Origin: Cyanophora paradoxa CCMP329
Taxonomy: Eukaryota > Plantae > Glaucophyta
DNA length: 64,000 nucleotides
Direction of reading: 5' to 3'
NCBI GenBank assembly: GCA_004431415.1
Contig: QPMI01000445.1
Location: 124,001 to 188,000, forward strand
Shown: positions 61,874 through 64,000 of the stretch, in pieces
How positions within the stretch are numbered: position 1 is the stretch's first letter
Layout of the letters: every line of letters starts with the position of its first letter
Notes under the pieces: generated by a model
Database searches by the model: none
What the model saw: only the letters and a program-made list of their open reading frames with translations
What the model was told of the DNA's origin: nothing
Made by a program: the position numbers and the translations under genes

Positions 61874-62889
61874 TTGCCTGACATTGCATTTGCTGCAGAT
61901 GTGCTGCTCCAGCGTGTCCATTACTACAGGGAGAACGCCATCGGTGATGGCACTCGTGGCATATACAATCGTTGGGTGCAACTATACGAAGGTCATTGTG
62001 CGGTTCATGGCTTCCGCATCTGGCCCCCGAGCCATCTGGTCTGGCTACGATGCTTGTTGCGCTGGCGGACGAGGAGTTCAGCGTTTCTGCTGTCAAGCAA
62101 TGCTACTCTGCATTGGTTCATCAGACTGGCCTGCGCCTACAGCCTGCAACGGCGTTCGCGCACCCTCTGGTTCAACAAGCGCTGCAAGGAATTGTTCGTT
62201 TGTGTGGTCGTCGGGCCAAGCAGTCCAAGATCGTCACGGCTGTGCATTTGGAGGCGATCGCTCGTGCTTATCTGAAAGCTCCGTCAGCTAAGCTCTTGCG
62301 GGCCTTCGTCATGTTGCTTACTGGCTTCTTTGGCTTGCTCCGTCGTGGTGAACTCGTTGCTCTGCGTCGTCAAGACATCCAGATCCGTGCGGATCGCGTC
62401 GTTGTCTTCATCGTCGGCTCCAAGACCGATCGCGCTCGCCAAGGCGCTCAAGTTGTGCTGGGCACTGTCGCGCAGTCAGTGATCTGTCCGGTTCGCTGGT
62501 TTCGAGCTTACTGGCGCACCATCCAAGACCTCGAGCCGGAGGCGCCGCTGTTTGGTCAACTCTTCCGACCTTCGCGGCCCCTCGCGCCCGCCTCCGTTGC
62601 ATACGTGCTTCGCTTTGCCTTTGAGGCTGCTGGCTTAGATGCGACGGGGATCGCGCCTCATGGGCTTCGTCGCGGTGGTGCTACGGCGCTAGCGGCTGCT
62701 GGTGTGCCCGAGGAGCTTGTGCAAGCAGTTGGCCGCTGGTCGCTCTTGTCTGACGTGTATCGTCGCTACATCGATTCTTCTGAGCGCCCGCCTCTGGCTG
62801 CGTTGATGGCAAGCCCTGGTTCTCGCTACGTGCCTCCATTGTCGTGTCGCCAGCAGGCTTCTACGCCCCTCTCGTCGCGGCGCAGCTAG
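61874..62889 (+). CDS. Tyrosine recombinase (one apparent frameshift near 62025)
   Basis: N-terminal AIGDGTRGIYNRWVQLY..WPP/EPSGLATMLVALA; catalytic set GLLRRGEL, GSKTD, CPV, HGLRRGGA, GRWS, YRRY. Confidence 0.92.
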
Positions 62890-63301
62890 CTGTCCTTTTG
62901 TCTTAGTGTCTTCTTTCGCGTGTGCCGGCTTCGCCGGTGCTGGCTATGTCGCTCTGGGCCAGTGCAAGCTGCGCCTGACGCTGTCTGTACACGCACGTGT
63001 TGCAAACTAGCCTTGTTTTGTGTACCCTTGCTGTCTGCTGCGTTCGCAGCGTCTGTGTCGGCATGTAGTACTTAGCTGCTGCGTTCGCAGCAGCTCTTCT
63101 CGTACCCCTTTTGTTGCAAATTAGCTTACCCCTTTTGTTGCAAATTAGCCCAACCTTATACCCTACATGTACACGTGTACCCAGCTATATTTTCTGTACC
63201 CCTTGTCTGATGCCCCTTTTCCCTTTGCAGCTTGCACTGTCCTGCGTGCGACGAGCCATGTGTCTGTCTTCGCTGCTTCGCCTACGCGAATCCAGACCTT
63301 C

Positions 63302-63362
63302 ACTTCATGATCAGACTTGGCTTAGAATTGCTTAGAAGCAAGGCTGCTTGTGGCAGGCATAC
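63302..63362 (+). repeat. Split direct repeat B2 (right terminus)
   Basis: acttcatgatcagac...gtggcaggcatac, identical to 59526-59586. Confidence 0.95.
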
Positions 63363-63487
63363 ACCAATTTACGGGACATAAGTCACAAGAGGATCAAAGA
63401 GTTCCATACATGGCGGTAATTTCTATCCCTAGACCAATAACACTGTTCAGGTGATTCCTAACTCTCGATTTAGCGGGTCCCGAAAAC

Positions 63488-64000
63488 TCAACGGCCCAGC
63501 ATGGCAGCAAGCTTGCAGGGCAGGCAGAGGGAGTTCACTGGGTGGGACGAGGGTCCGAGGGCCCCGCTGGACGAGACGGGGACGACAGAGAACGCAGTCA
63601 TCTGCCCCGTGGGGAGGTCGTCGAAGTTGAACGCGGTCTGTGAGCCGGGCACGGTGCCGACGGGCAAGCCATCCTTGAGGACCATGTAATGGGTTGGCGC
63701 CCCCGTCGACGGGTGCTCCCACGTGAGCGTTCCTGTCGTGTTGGACACGATGCCTTGGTCCACGTTCGTGAGCTGGACGTTGGACGGGGCGGAGGGGTGC
63801 GGGGCAGGAAGACCCTTCGAAGCTGCATCGCCCACGCCATCCGAAGACGGCACCACGACTGGCGCAGAGCGGCCGGCGGGCGAGGGCCCATCGGTCGTGA
63901 TCGGCGTGATTTCCACCTTTGCACCAGCAGGGATGTTCGAGATGGGGTACTCGTTGATCTGTCCACCCGATGGGGGCAGGGTCGCAACGGGGTTGCCGTT
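63488..64000 (-). CDS. C-terminal part of a fibronectin type III repeat protein (continues beyond the window)
   Basis: PSAPSNVQLT...GTLTWEHP..GAPTHYMVLKDG.PVGTV....TAFNFDDLPTG...FSVVPV...GPSS, preceded by the end of another FN3-like repeat. Confidence 0.7.
   Translation of the reverse strand, partial: NGNPVATLPPSGGQINEYPISNIPAGAKVEITPITTDGPSPAGRSAPVVVPSSDGVGDAASKGLPAPHPSAPSNVQLTNVDQGIVSNTTGTLTWEHPSTGAPTHYMVLKDGLPVGTVPGSQTAFNFDDLPTGQMTAFSVVPVSSSGALGPSSHPVNSLCLPCKLAAMLGR

Larger units (their letters stand above)
57495..63362 (+). mobile_element. Tyrosine-recombinase retrotransposon (DIRS order, PAT-like split direct repeats), A1-gag-B1/A2-pol-YR-B2
   Basis: Identical 131-bp A repeats, identical 61-bp B repeats, gag with CCHC knuckle, RT-RNaseH-methyltransferase-like ORF and YR ORF. 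Much lower GC than the host genes; no classical TSD. Confidence 0.95.

Noticed and set aside
57495-63362. LTR retrotransposon or prophage/retron interpretation
   Set aside because: No DDE integrase, protease, TG...CA LTRs or TSD. RT-RNaseH-MT plus YR with split repeats indicates the DIRS order.
1-64000. tRNA/rRNA genes
   Set aside because: None recognised by eye; a covariance-model scan was not run, so small ncRNAs cannot be excluded.

Overview
Very GC-rich, intron-dense eukaryotic genomic DNA with short introns (mostly about 60-100 nt) carrying (GCCCC)n tracts and CTGAC-type branch points. A tubulin glycylase suggests a flagellate; the host cannot be named from sequence alone. About 16 host genes can be reconstructed by hand-splicing: ribokinase, DoxX-like, glutaredoxin, TTLL3/8, TEN1-like, ABCG, a PPC-like-repeat surface protein, GABA transaminase, a CHASE4-HAMP-cyclase-like protein, F-box, PILS-like, calcineurin A, an unknown TPR-like protein, a CDP-alcohol phosphotransferase/cytidylyltransferase fusion, an EGF-rhomboid fusion, a CCDC82-like protein, a sulfite-oxidase-like protein and a partial FN3 protein. 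Most long Arg/Pro/Gly-rich ORFs in the six-frame track are shadow frames. The standout is a 5.87-kb tyrosine-recombinase (DIRS/PAT-like) retrotransposon at 57495-63362, arranged A-gag-B/A-pol-YR-B. Its circle-junction copy sits between gag and pol, so it reads as two gene-bearing A...B modules. It also has a long junction hairpin, a Gag with a signal-peptide-like N-terminus, and pol/YR frames lacking ATG starts. Other notable points are many GC-AG introns, two unusual domain fusions and a local partial gene duplication. Gene boundaries are hand-derived and approximate; no searches were run.
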